From: Nanopusillaceae archaeon
Lineage (GTDB): Archaea > Nanobdellota > Nanobdellia > Nanobdellales > Nanobdellaceae
Length of the DNA: 32,000 nucleotides
NCBI GenBank assembly: GCA_038735675.1
Contig: JAVYNJ010000002.1
Span: forward strand, 1 to 32,000
Reading direction: 5' to 3'
Position numbers and translations under genes: made by a program
In this document: in pieces, positions 1-7,773 of the stretch
Layout of the letters: every line of letters starts with the position of its first letter
Numbering within the stretch: position 1 is the stretch's first letter
The notes under the pieces: generated by a model
The model's database searches: none
What the model was told of the DNA's origin: nothing
The model's input: only the letters and a program-made list of their open reading frames with translations

Positions 1-958
1 GATAGATTTCTTGATATTTATAATATATTGGTAAAGATACATTAGATAAGCCGTAAAGTATTCTTAAAAGATTTAATTTTTCAGATTTTTCTGAACGATT
101 TTTATAAAAAACTAAGAATGTTTTTTCTTCATTAGATATTCTAAATGAACCATCAATATATTCTTTAAATTTTGAGATATTATATATATTTCTTTCTCTA
201 ATTTCTTCTAGCGCATTTTTTAAGATATTTTTATAATCTTCCGCAAAAAATTTTATATAAAGAATTATACTAGGAACTAAACTATATGAAACTGATAAAT
301 TAAAACTTCTAGTAAATTTTTCTTTTTTTCCTTTATAAAAGTATTCTAATTCTTGACTAAACAAAATATCGTCATTTTTTATAGTAAATTTCTTTTGTTT
401 AATATCAATAGTAAAATTTGTATAATTATAAATCGCTTTTGCATGTCTTTCAAAAATATTACTGTTTAAATAATTTGATTCTAACTTGTTTACAAAATTT
501 TTATTAAATTCTGAATGAAAATTAATTATTGGTGGAAATTCAAAACATGGAAAATATAAAAATATTGTATATGAATTTCCAGATGCATCTGTATAATTGT
601 CCACAACGAATTCAAATATGTTTTCGCATCTAAGTAAATATGAATTTATCTTCGAATTATTTAATAAAAGTTTATTGTATATCCATGGATTTAAAGTTCC
701 ATTAAGTATACTAATACTTAAAATCTCTCTATAAAGAGTTTCAAAAAATATTCTTCTTACCTCATAATCTGATAAAACATAAGTATAGAATTGAAAATAA
801 TTATAATTCATGAAATCTTTCAATAAATCCAGGCCATATTCTCTCTTTTCTTCCAAATAAATATTCACACCAAATATCGAAATCGCAAAACCAGAAATTA
901 AAATTATTAGAGATATTAAAAGGGCTATTGCTGGATATGAAGTAGATTTAATTTTCAT
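1..958 (-). CDS. Hypothetical N-terminally membrane-anchored/secreted protein, C-terminus beyond window edge (>=319 aa); missing from ORF track
   Basis: Hand translation of the minus strand from ATG 958-956 stays open to position 1: MKIKSTSYPAIALLISLIILISGFAISIFGVNIYLEEKREYGLDLL...YYKYQEIY. The start forms an ATGA overlap with the stop of ORF 955..1464. K-S followed by ~22 hydrophobic residues. No catalytic motif recognised. Confidence 0.7.
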   Translation of the reverse strand, partial: MKIKSTSYPAIALLISLIILISGFAISIFGVNIYLEEKREYGLDLLKDFMNYNYFQFYTYVLSDYEVRRIFFETLYREILSISILNGTLNPWIYNKLLLNNSKINSYLLRCENIFEFVVDNYTDASGNSYTIFLYFPCFEFPPIINFHSEFNKNFVNKLESNYLNSNIFERHAKAIYNYTNFTIDIKQKKFTIKNDDILFSQELEYFYKGKKEKFTRSFNLSVSYSLVPSIILYIKFFAEDYKNILKNALEEIRERNIYNISKFKEYIDGSFRISNEEKTFLVFYKNRSEKSEKLNLLRILYGLSNVSLPIYYKYQEIY

Positions 959-1464
959 TGTCCACATTCTTTTCCATAACCAAAAGTAGATTCAAAATTA
1001 ATCCCACATATTCTAATATATCCATAAGCAGATGGAAGTATATATTCTGATTCGCAATTTCCAGAACAGAACACATCAGTGCAATATTCAAAATTTATTG
1101 AGTTATTTCCATAATATAATTTTGTAGAATATAATATATTGTCTATTTCAGAAAATTCATTGTTATCAAAAAATGTTGCAGAAATTATTAAATCTATAAT
1201 CGGAACAGTAAAATTATAAGAATTATCTGCTCGAGAAGATAATAAAGAGTTAATGTTTCTAATTACCATAGAAGCCACAGCCATCGAAATTTGTTGATTT
1301 AAATTTGATGGAATAGTAGAGTTAACATTAATCATTATAACAAATATTAAAATTGAAATCGCCAATAAAAAAGTAAGAACTAAATAAAAGGATATATATC
1401 CTCTTTTATTTTTAAAAATTCTATTATTCATACTTATTTTATTGTTATTTATAATTTTTAACAT
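955..1464 (-). CDS. Hypothetical prepilin-like protein (class III signal-like N-terminus, Cys-rich C-terminus)
   Basis: N-terminus ...RIFKNKRG|YISFYLVLTFLLAISILIFVIM has a basic tip, Gly, then a ~22-residue hydrophobic helix. 5 Cys lie in the last 45 aa (EYCTDVFCSGNC...RICG...KECGQ). Overlaps the upstream gene by 7 nt; an alternative start at M12 is possible. Confidence 0.6.
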   Translation of the reverse strand: MLKIINNNKISMNNRIFKNKRGYISFYLVLTFLLAISILIFVIMINVNSTIPSNLNQQISMAVASMVIRNINSLLSSRADNSYNFTVPIIDLIISATFFDNNEFSEIDNILYSTKLYYGNNSINFEYCTDVFCSGNCESEYILPSAYGYIRICGINFESTFGYGKECGQ

Positions 1465-2237
1465 TTTTCTTCTTTAACTTCTATTGTTCTTTTTCCTGTC
1501 TCTGGATTTTTTATAAAAGTATATATTACTTTTTTACATTCTTTTCCTCTTATTCTAATAAATTTATAAGTATTAATTGCGTAAAGTTCTCTTTTTGTAT
1601 TTATAGCTAAAATTGGAAGAGACATAATAGTGCTAATATAATATGTTCTATCTGTATCACAACTTAATAAATTTTCTATATTCGATTCGTATTCCAACAT
1701 GCTTATTGCTTTATCCATTAATTCTATATTTTTCATAAACCAATTAATTGGATTTATATAATCTAAAAAAGAATTCCATATGTTTTTTTGTTCATCATAA
1801 AACAAATCTTTTCCATGTTCCTTTATCCAAATTTTTCTTTTATTTTTTAAATCATAAAAAAGAAATATAGGGACCTCTGAAACGTTTCTAATATTATATT
1901 TAATAATAATACTGTCTATTTCAGTTTTATTTTCCAATAGTTCTTTATATTCATTAGAAATTATAGTAAAACAATTTTTTAAGGAACTATAATCATTTAT
2001 TTTCTCTATTTCTGCTGGAAAATAAAATAAATAATAAGGATCTTTGATTTCATCGTAGATGCAATAATATAATCTTTGAACATAAATTGTATTTAAAAAA
2101 TAACCGTAAGAATTAGTATCAAAAAGAACTTGATTTTCTACTTGAAAAAAAGCAGATAGATATATAGCAACTCCAACTACTGAAAATATTGAAATTAAAT
2201 ATAATATAATATCTGTAAATGATAAAGATTTTTTCAT
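1458..2237 (-). CDS. Hypothetical N-terminally anchored protein (259 aa)
   Basis: MKKSLSFTDIILYLISIFSVVGVAIYLSAFF: K-S followed by a hydrophobic helix. The rest is Y/N/K-rich with 5 Cys. Lies 2 nt downstream of the preceding gene. Confidence 0.6.
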   Translation of the reverse strand: MKKSLSFTDIILYLISIFSVVGVAIYLSAFFQVENQVLFDTNSYGYFLNTIYVQRLYYCIYDEIKDPYYLFYFPAEIEKINDYSSLKNCFTIISNEYKELLENKTEIDSIIIKYNIRNVSEVPIFLFYDLKNKRKIWIKEHGKDLFYDEQKNIWNSFLDYINPINWFMKNIELMDKAISMLEYESNIENLLSCDTDRTYYISTIMSLPILAINTKRELYAINTYKFIRIRGKECKKVIYTFIKNPETGKRTIEVKEEKC

Positions 2238-2239
2238 TT

Positions 2240-3304
2240 TTATTTTTTAACTTTTTCATAACTTGGCCATATAATTATTTTTCTCTTACTTTCATTCTTA
2301 TAAATCGCTATATTTTTCAACAGATATGCCCACTGATCCTCACAAGGTTGATAGCCTGTAATTTTATATATTTTATTGTTCTCATATTTACTTAGACTTT
2401 TACATTCAAAAACATCTATAAAGTTCAACTCTATATTTAAATTAGGTGTATATTCTATTCTTTCCATTTGATTATATATAACTTGTTTCCCAAATCCATC
2501 TATTAAAGAATACAAGCAATTATATTCTACATCAAATGATCCTCTTATAATAGAGACTATATTATCTATTGTTTCTATAAAAAAGTTAGCAATAAATGCT
2601 ATTACAATTCCTATACCAGTAGAACTTAAAGCTTTAGTTATTATCATTCTTATAGCTCCAGATAATACTACTTTTCCGGCCGTCTCCGCATAATTAGAGA
2701 GAAAATCATTTTTAATTTCATCAGCCAACTTTGCTGGATTGGAAAAATAAGATTTTGTTCTAATAAAATTTGCAAGCATTTCTTGCATTTCCATTGGTCT
2801 CTTTGAACCAAAAATAGGTAATAAAACAAAAATTCCTTCAAAAATTTTAGAAAATATGTATGCTCTTGTAATCTCTATAAAAGAAACTTTTAAAAATGCT
2901 TTAATCATATCTATTCTAAAAGGCATTTTTCCAATTCCTGCAAAAGCTCCACCAGCAATAGTATACATCAATGCGTTAATCGCATCAACCGATATCTCTT
3001 GTAGATGATCTTTCAAAATACAAATTCCTGAAGATACATATGCCGGATAATATCCTAAAGATCCTTTAGAATAAGAAGATATTCTGTATTCTATAAATTC
3101 CATTCCCGGAGTATCTATTAATGAAGAAAATTCTCCTATATTAGAAGAAAAATAGTTTATAGAAACTGCAATCTGATAAATAGTGAAAGGATTTAATGAT
3201 GTCAAATATTTCATATTTAGAAATGCAAGCTTAGCTGTAATTATTATTGAAAAAGAGATTATTAAAAACATTAAAATAACGTTTAAAAACTCTCCAATAT
3301 CCAT
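2240..3304 (-). CDS. Hypothetical multi-pass membrane protein (354 aa)
   Basis: N-terminus MDIGEFLNVILMFLIISFSIIITA plus further hydrophobic/Gly-rich segments (AINALMYTIAGGAFAGIG, IFEGIFVLLPIFG, STGIGIVIAFIANFFI). The N-terminal motif is shared with two micro-ORFs in the cluster. Confidence 0.6.
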   Translation of the reverse strand: MDIGEFLNVILMFLIISFSIIITAKLAFLNMKYLTSLNPFTIYQIAVSINYFSSNIGEFSSLIDTPGMEFIEYRISSYSKGSLGYYPAYVSSGICILKDHLQEISVDAINALMYTIAGGAFAGIGKMPFRIDMIKAFLKVSFIEITRAYIFSKIFEGIFVLLPIFGSKRPMEMQEMLANFIRTKSYFSNPAKLADEIKNDFLSNYAETAGKVVLSGAIRMIITKALSSTGIGIVIAFIANFFIETIDNIVSIIRGSFDVEYNCLYSLIDGFGKQVIYNQMERIEYTPNLNIELNFIDVFECKSLSKYENNKIYKITGYQPCEDQWAYLLKNIAIYKNESKRKIIIWPSYEKVKK

Positions 3305-3314
3305 TAACCTATAT

Positions 3315-4151
3315 TTAAGTTTTGGGAATTATAAACCTTATTTCTCTTTTGCTAGAATTTACGAAAACATTAAAAGGTATGGCCATTAATAATCCTTTTT
3401 CAACTAAATCTGACTTAGGATCTAATTCTTGTATTTCATTATTGCAAACATCCAAATTAAACTCTTTTATTGTTCTATTTATCCAAACTTTTGAAGATTC
3501 CCCGAACAAAAAAGAACCCAAGCTTTTTCTTACAGTTGAATTGTTTATTTCAAATTTATTATTTATATCTTTTATTTTAATTGAACAAATATCTTTAAAA
3601 TCTCCTATTCTACCATTAAATATATAAACTTTTTCTAAATCATAAATATTACTTTCGTACATAAAGTAATATTTTTTTCTTTCTGTTTCTATTTTCAAAG
3701 TATAAACGGATATGTTTTTTCCATTATTTTCAATTATTATCGTCGTACTAGAATTTAAAATTGGCCTAGTTCTCTTTAAAACTCTACAATTTTGACTAAA
3801 AACTCTGTATAAATCTTTATCACTAACTGAAAAATACATCTTTCCTTCAATCTCCTCACATTTTATTAAATATATTCTTCCGTCACTAAAATTAAAATAA
3901 AAATCATATTTAACTGGATTATAATAAAATTCTTCCGTCCAAAGTCTTTCCTCACAGATTTTATTATAAATACAATCCACAAAAGATTTTTCAATAAAAT
4001 TCATTAATTTAATATAACTAATGTCTTCGAAAATTGCTAAGCTAGCAATAGAAGAGATTGCATAAGATATTAATACAATTAGAATTATTAATATAAAAAT
4101 ATCAAATAAAACTTTCAGAAATAAAGTACCTATCAGTAAAGACTTTTTCAT
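3315..4151 (-). CDS. Hypothetical N-terminally anchored protein (278 aa)
   Basis: MKKSLLIGTLFLKVLFDIFILIILIVLISYAI. The stop of the upstream gene abuts its start (4152/4151). Ectodomain contains 6 Cys. Confidence 0.6.
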   Translation of the reverse strand: MKKSLLIGTLFLKVLFDIFILIILIVLISYAISSIASLAIFEDISYIKLMNFIEKSFVDCIYNKICEERLWTEEFYYNPVKYDFYFNFSDGRIYLIKCEEIEGKMYFSVSDKDLYRVFSQNCRVLKRTRPILNSSTTIIIENNGKNISVYTLKIETERKKYYFMYESNIYDLEKVYIFNGRIGDFKDICSIKIKDINNKFEINNSTVRKSLGSFLFGESSKVWINRTIKEFNLDVCNNEIQELDPKSDLVEKGLLMAIPFNVFVNSSKREIRFIIPKT

Positions 4152-4496
4152 CTAAATATTTTTATTAAGTAACTCTTCGGCCCTTTCTTCTATTTTATAG
4201 GAAATTATTCCTCTATAAATTAGATAATATATCATAACCATAGCAACTATTACTACTATAGCTAAAATTAAAAAAACAAAAAATGACATTGAATTTGTTC
4301 TCTTATTCTTCAAATTCTTTTTTGGATATAAAATTATAGGAGAAGATATAGATAATATTTCATCCATTTTTTTTGACACATTTAATACATCTGCTCTTCT
4401 AACTACTGCTCCATAATAATAAATTATTAAAGCTAACATAATTAACAACCCAACAAATGTGAGAATTATAATAACTATAGATCTATCTACTCCCAT
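4152..4496 (-). CDS. Hypothetical small two-TM membrane protein (114 aa)
   Basis: Two hydrophobic helices (IVIIILTFVGLLIMLALIIYYY and FFVFLILAIVVIVAMVMIYYLIY) separated by a basic loop (KKNLKNKRTN). Confidence 0.55.
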   Translation of the reverse strand: MGVDRSIVIIILTFVGLLIMLALIIYYYGAVVRRADVLNVSKKMDEILSISSPIILYPKKNLKNKRTNSMSFFVFLILAIVVIVAMVMIYYLIYRGIISYKIEERAEELLNKNI

Positions 4497-4627
4497 CCTA
4501 TTATTTTATCTCTTAGGTTTTGTATAGCTTCATTTATATTTGGCAATATATAAAATACTAAAAAAAACAACAATAAAGCTAAAATTAATATCGAAATAAA
4601 AAGTTTGATAAATTCTCCAATCTCCAT
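4487..4627 (-). CDS. Unannotated micro-ORF, 46-aa single-TM protein
   Basis: Hand translation: MEIGEFIKLFISILILALLLFFLVFYILPNINEAIQNLRDKIIGWE*. Its ATG overlaps the upstream TAA (TAATG at 4625-4629). Its 3' end overlaps the next ATG by 10 nt. Below the ORF-track length cutoff. Confidence 0.5.
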   Translation of the reverse strand: MEIGEFIKLFISILILALLLFFLVFYILPNINEAIQNLRDKIIGWE

Positions 4628-5688
4628 TATTGGGGTAATTTATTTGAAATAACAACAATTTCTCCTAATCCAGTATATTTGATCAAAATTATATAAACAT
4701 TCTCATTTGCTTCATCATCATAAATTATATAATCCTCTTTCTCTTGTTCATTATCTAAATCGTAATACATACCTATCAATTTTATGCTTCCTCTTTCTCT
4801 GTTTATAGAAAAACTATCTGATTTTGCGCTACAATACTTGTTATAAATATAATAAATACTTCCAACGGGCTCTGCATTCGCTTCTGATTTTTGATAAAAT
4901 ATCTCATAAAAAGTCTTATTTTCTTTAATATCTATTAGATCAAAAACTGTAATTATATCTGCTACAGACAGATTTAAGGGTATTGAACTTTTTAAGATTA
5001 TAACATAATGTACATGGGCAAATGGCATATTTACGCTTGTTCCTATAGTTTCTCCAAAACTATAAATTATATACTTTGATATTTGATATGCTAAACATAA
5101 TTTAATTTTTTCATTTTTATTAGAATTATTCATAAAATACTGATCAACCCAATTATTTTTCGCTTGAACTTTAATTTCCTTTTTAAGATCTATTATGCAT
5201 TTATCTAAATAAGAATCGTCCCACTTATTCATATCTATGTTTATAACACTCGTTCCACACATATTTTTTATAATTGGCTTTTGTAAATTAGATAAACCTG
5301 CATTTACTGTATTACCTAACGCATATAAACCAATTCCTCCAATAATTGCTCCAGTTAATGCTGTTTTAGCATATTTATTCGTAATTACTCTCTTTGCAGC
5401 ATTCATGAGAGTTGGAATATTAAATTTTTTTCCCACAAAATATGCCGAGACTGTTCCAGCTAAAATTGTTACTGCAGCTGTTGCCATTGTAAATCCAACA
5501 TTACTAATTGCTGCATTTTGATCCATAAATAACCCCAAAGGTGCTGCTATTGCATATGATAACTTACAATTCCATCTTCCAGCATATCCAACACTTTTTA
5601 GAACATAATAAAAAATAATAAATATAAAGGTAAAAGATATTATTGCAACTAAAAGCTTTACTAAAGTTGGTGCACTAAGGTTTTTCAT
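4627..5688 (-). CDS. Hypothetical membrane-anchored protein, paralog B of tandem pair (353 aa)
   Basis: N-terminal TM, then AGRWNCKLSYAIAAPLG, a Gly/Ala-rich hydrophobic stretch and conserved Cys. Alignable by eye with 5728..6831 along its whole length. Confidence 0.65.
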   Translation of the reverse strand: MKNLSAPTLVKLLVAIISFTFIFIIFYYVLKSVGYAGRWNCKLSYAIAAPLGLFMDQNAAISNVGFTMATAAVTILAGTVSAYFVGKKFNIPTLMNAAKRVITNKYAKTALTGAIIGGIGLYALGNTVNAGLSNLQKPIIKNMCGTSVINIDMNKWDDSYLDKCIIDLKKEIKVQAKNNWVDQYFMNNSNKNEKIKLCLAYQISKYIIYSFGETIGTSVNMPFAHVHYVIILKSSIPLNLSVADIITVFDLIDIKENKTFYEIFYQKSEANAEPVGSIYYIYNKYCSAKSDSFSINRERGSIKLIGMYYDLDNEQEKEDYIIYDDEANENVYIILIKYTGLGEIVVISNKLPQ

Positions 5689-5727
5689 ATTATTAAATTA
5701 TTTTATTTTCAAAAAATATATTTTTTA

Positions 5728-6831
5728 TTAATTATTAATTTTTATAGAAATCAACAAAATTGATCCTTGACCATCATATCCTATAGTAATTCTATAAACT
5801 CCAGGAGAATCAAAAATAATTTCATTTTTCGGATCATTTATATTATTCAAATCAAAATAAAATGATATAATTTTATTTATACCGTCTTCAGGATAACAAA
5901 CAGGTCTTCCAGTTCCTTTTCTCAAATAATATTGATAATTATATTCTAAATACAAATTTGCACTTAAAATTTCTTTGCAATATTGCTTATCTTCTCCATA
6001 AATTTCATCATAAAACGAGGTTATTTTTTCATTTTTTCTAAATTCTATAATGTCTAAAAATGCTAAAAGATCTGCTAAATATATTTTTTGATCTAAAGTA
6101 TAATTTACAAAGAGAACGTAATGAGAAACTCCTTCTCCAAGCTTAACAGAAGATTTTAAACTTTCTAAATAAGTATTTCTAACATAATCAGATAAAATAT
6201 ACATTAAACATGTTAGGTTTGAATTTTCTGAAAAAAAACCATTCAAAATTTCTTTTTTATCTTTATCTAAAACCTCTTTATAGAGAGCACTCTTACATTT
6301 ATCTATATTAATACTATTTAATAAAATAACGTGTTCTTCAACTAAAGTAGGACATAATGACTTTAATAATCCCTTTTGCAAACGTGCAATCATTTCTGTT
6401 AATCTAATATTGAAATTATCTGTCTTTAAAGTACCTTTAATAACTCCAGAATAGATATAAAGCTTATTTTTACTATAAGTATTTTTTAAATTATAAGAAA
6501 AAATTGCTCTAAAATATGGTGGATCTACACTTTCTTCATAAATCCTTTGTAATTTCGTAGATTCTAATTTAGATTCAGTTAATGTACCTAATAAACTTAC
6601 AAAAGCATCTGCAGATATTAAAATCATTGGTAACCATTCATGTGATTTTTCTACAACTGCCATAGAAGAAGTAATTGTTCCTAAAGGAGCACTAAAGGCA
6701 TAAGCAAGTTTACATTCAAATCTTCCTCCGGATTTAATTAAAGGTAACAAATTGAAGAAAATATAAAATAAAATTATTAAAAAAACGAATATTGAAATTA
6801 AAATACTTAAACTAATTTCAGATTTTTTCAT
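5728..6831 (-). CDS. Hypothetical membrane-anchored protein, paralog A of tandem pair (367 aa)
   Basis: MKKSEISLSILISIFVFLIILFYIFF..GGRFECKLAYAFSAPLG. Motifs shared with 4627..5688 include INIDKC / INIDMNK..DKC, HYV(L/I), ADL(L/I)..(L/F)D(I/L)I(E/D) and a C-terminal beta-like Y.I.I.Y.G.G.I..IS.K. Confidence 0.65.
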   Translation of the reverse strand: MKKSEISLSILISIFVFLIILFYIFFNLLPLIKSGGRFECKLAYAFSAPLGTITSSMAVVEKSHEWLPMILISADAFVSLLGTLTESKLESTKLQRIYEESVDPPYFRAIFSYNLKNTYSKNKLYIYSGVIKGTLKTDNFNIRLTEMIARLQKGLLKSLCPTLVEEHVILLNSINIDKCKSALYKEVLDKDKKEILNGFFSENSNLTCLMYILSDYVRNTYLESLKSSVKLGEGVSHYVLFVNYTLDQKIYLADLLAFLDIIEFRKNEKITSFYDEIYGEDKQYCKEILSANLYLEYNYQYYLRKGTGRPVCYPEDGINKIISFYFDLNNINDPKNEIIFDSPGVYRITIGYDGQGSILLISIKINN

Positions 6832-6850
6832 AACTATAATCTATATTTCT

Positions 6851-6958
6851 TTATTTAAATTCTTTAAGAACTCTAGAAAAAAATGAAAACAAAAGAGCAA
6901 CTGCTAAAATAAATAAAATAATGTAAAGTAATAATTTTAGAATATCTTCAAACTCCAT
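6851..6958 (-). CDS. Unannotated micro-ORF, 35-aa single-TM protein
   Basis: Hand translation: MEFEDILKLLLYIILFILAVALLFSFFSRVLKEFK*. Starts 2 nt after the stop of the 55-aa ORF. N-terminus resembles MEIGEFIKLF (4487..4627) and MDIGEFLNVI (2240..3304). Confidence 0.4.
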   Translation of the reverse strand: MEFEDILKLLLYIILFILAVALLFSFFSRVLKEFK

Positions 6959-6960
6959 TT

Positions 6961-7128
6961 TTACTTTAAAGTTTTATTTAATGTTTCATTAATCGTTTTA
7001 TTAACTCTTTCTATATTTATAGATCCAAATTGATATAATCGGTATATTATAACAATTCCTAAAACCAATAATAGAATGCTCAAAATAATAATTATTGTTT
7101 TTTCTATAGCTAAACTTTTTCTTTTCAT
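6961..7128 (-). CDS. Unannotated micro-ORF, 55-aa Flp/Epd-sized pilin-like protein
   Basis: Hand translation: MKRKSLAIEKTIIIILSILLLVLGIVIIYRLYQFGSINIERVNKTINETLNKTLK*. ATGA overlap with the stop of 7125..7526. Basic tip, K-S, then an A-I-E motif and a hydrophobic helix. Confidence 0.5.
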   Translation of the reverse strand: MKRKSLAIEKTIIIILSILLLVLGIVIIYRLYQFGSINIERVNKTINETLNKTLK

Positions 7129-7526
7129 CTTACTTTACAAGTTTCTATATTTATTATCTTTTTTTCACAATCATAATAAACATCACATAAATATGTTAAT
7201 CTACCTAAATTTGAAATTTTTATGCACTCTACTTCAAACTTTATTAAATTTTCTTTAATTTCATTTATGACACTATAACTTATTTGATTACATCCATACT
7301 TTGTTTTAATAAAATTGGAGACATCATTTGATATTTTCATGACGTTTTCCAAATAACATGTATTAGAAAAATTTACGTTTTTCCATGATTCATTTGTAGC
7401 ATTATATATTCTTGTCTCACTTTTACTATAACTATTATAATAGATATACATTAAAATAATAACTGTAATTAAAACTATTAAAGATAAAAGAATTGTAGCT
7501 ATCTTATTGAAAGCAAATTCAGACAT
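7125..7526 (-). CDS. Hypothetical N-terminally anchored Cys-rich protein (133 aa)
   Basis: MSEFAFNKIATILLSLIVLITVIILMYIYY, then a domain with 6 Cys and several N-x-S/T sequons. 1-nt overlap with the upstream gene. Confidence 0.6.
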   Translation of the reverse strand: MSEFAFNKIATILLSLIVLITVIILMYIYYNSYSKSETRIYNATNESWKNVNFSNTCYLENVMKISNDVSNFIKTKYGCNQISYSVINEIKENLIKFEVECIKISNLGRLTYLCDVYYDCEKKIINIETCKVR

Positions 7527-7735
7527 TATTTAATTGAAGAAATATTAGTCATATTTTTTATCAATTTATTTACATCAACTGTTTGATTTTCAACTGTCTT
7601 TGTAATATCTCCAATCGATTTGGTACCTGATGAGTACATTGAAAAGTAATATATTAATATAGTTGTTAAGATTATTATAACTAACAGTAAGATTGCTAAA
7701 GTTCCAAAAGCAATCTCTACTGTTCTTTTTTTCAT
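7526..7735 (-). CDS. Hypothetical small pilin-like protein (69 aa), first gene of the array
   Basis: MKKRTVEIAFGTLAILLLVIIILTTILIYYF: basic tip, E-I-A-F-G, a 25-residue hydrophobic helix and a short polar tail. Confidence 0.6.
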   Translation of the reverse strand: MKKRTVEIAFGTLAILLLVIIILTTILIYYFSMYSSGTKSIGDITKTVENQTVDVNKLIKNMTNISSIK

Positions 7736-7773
7736 TTAATAAATAAATATTTTTTGTTTTTTATAAGATTTAT
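7736..7773. promoter_or_regulatory. 38-bp divergent intergenic region with two interleaved TATA-like boxes
   Basis: ttaataaataaatattttttgttttttataagatttat. The A/T box near 7742-7750 is centred ~27 nt upstream of the argS ATG (7774). The box ttataag near 7759-7766 is ~27 nt upstream of the minus-strand ATG (7735). The AT-rich background limits certainty. Confidence 0.4.

Noticed and set aside
3183-7258. Plus-strand ORFs inside the surface-protein array (3183..3389, 3322..3627, 5237..5521, 7076..7258)
   Set aside because: They overlap the long, contiguous, overlap-coupled minus-strand genes. They break the operon logic and look like antisense artefacts.
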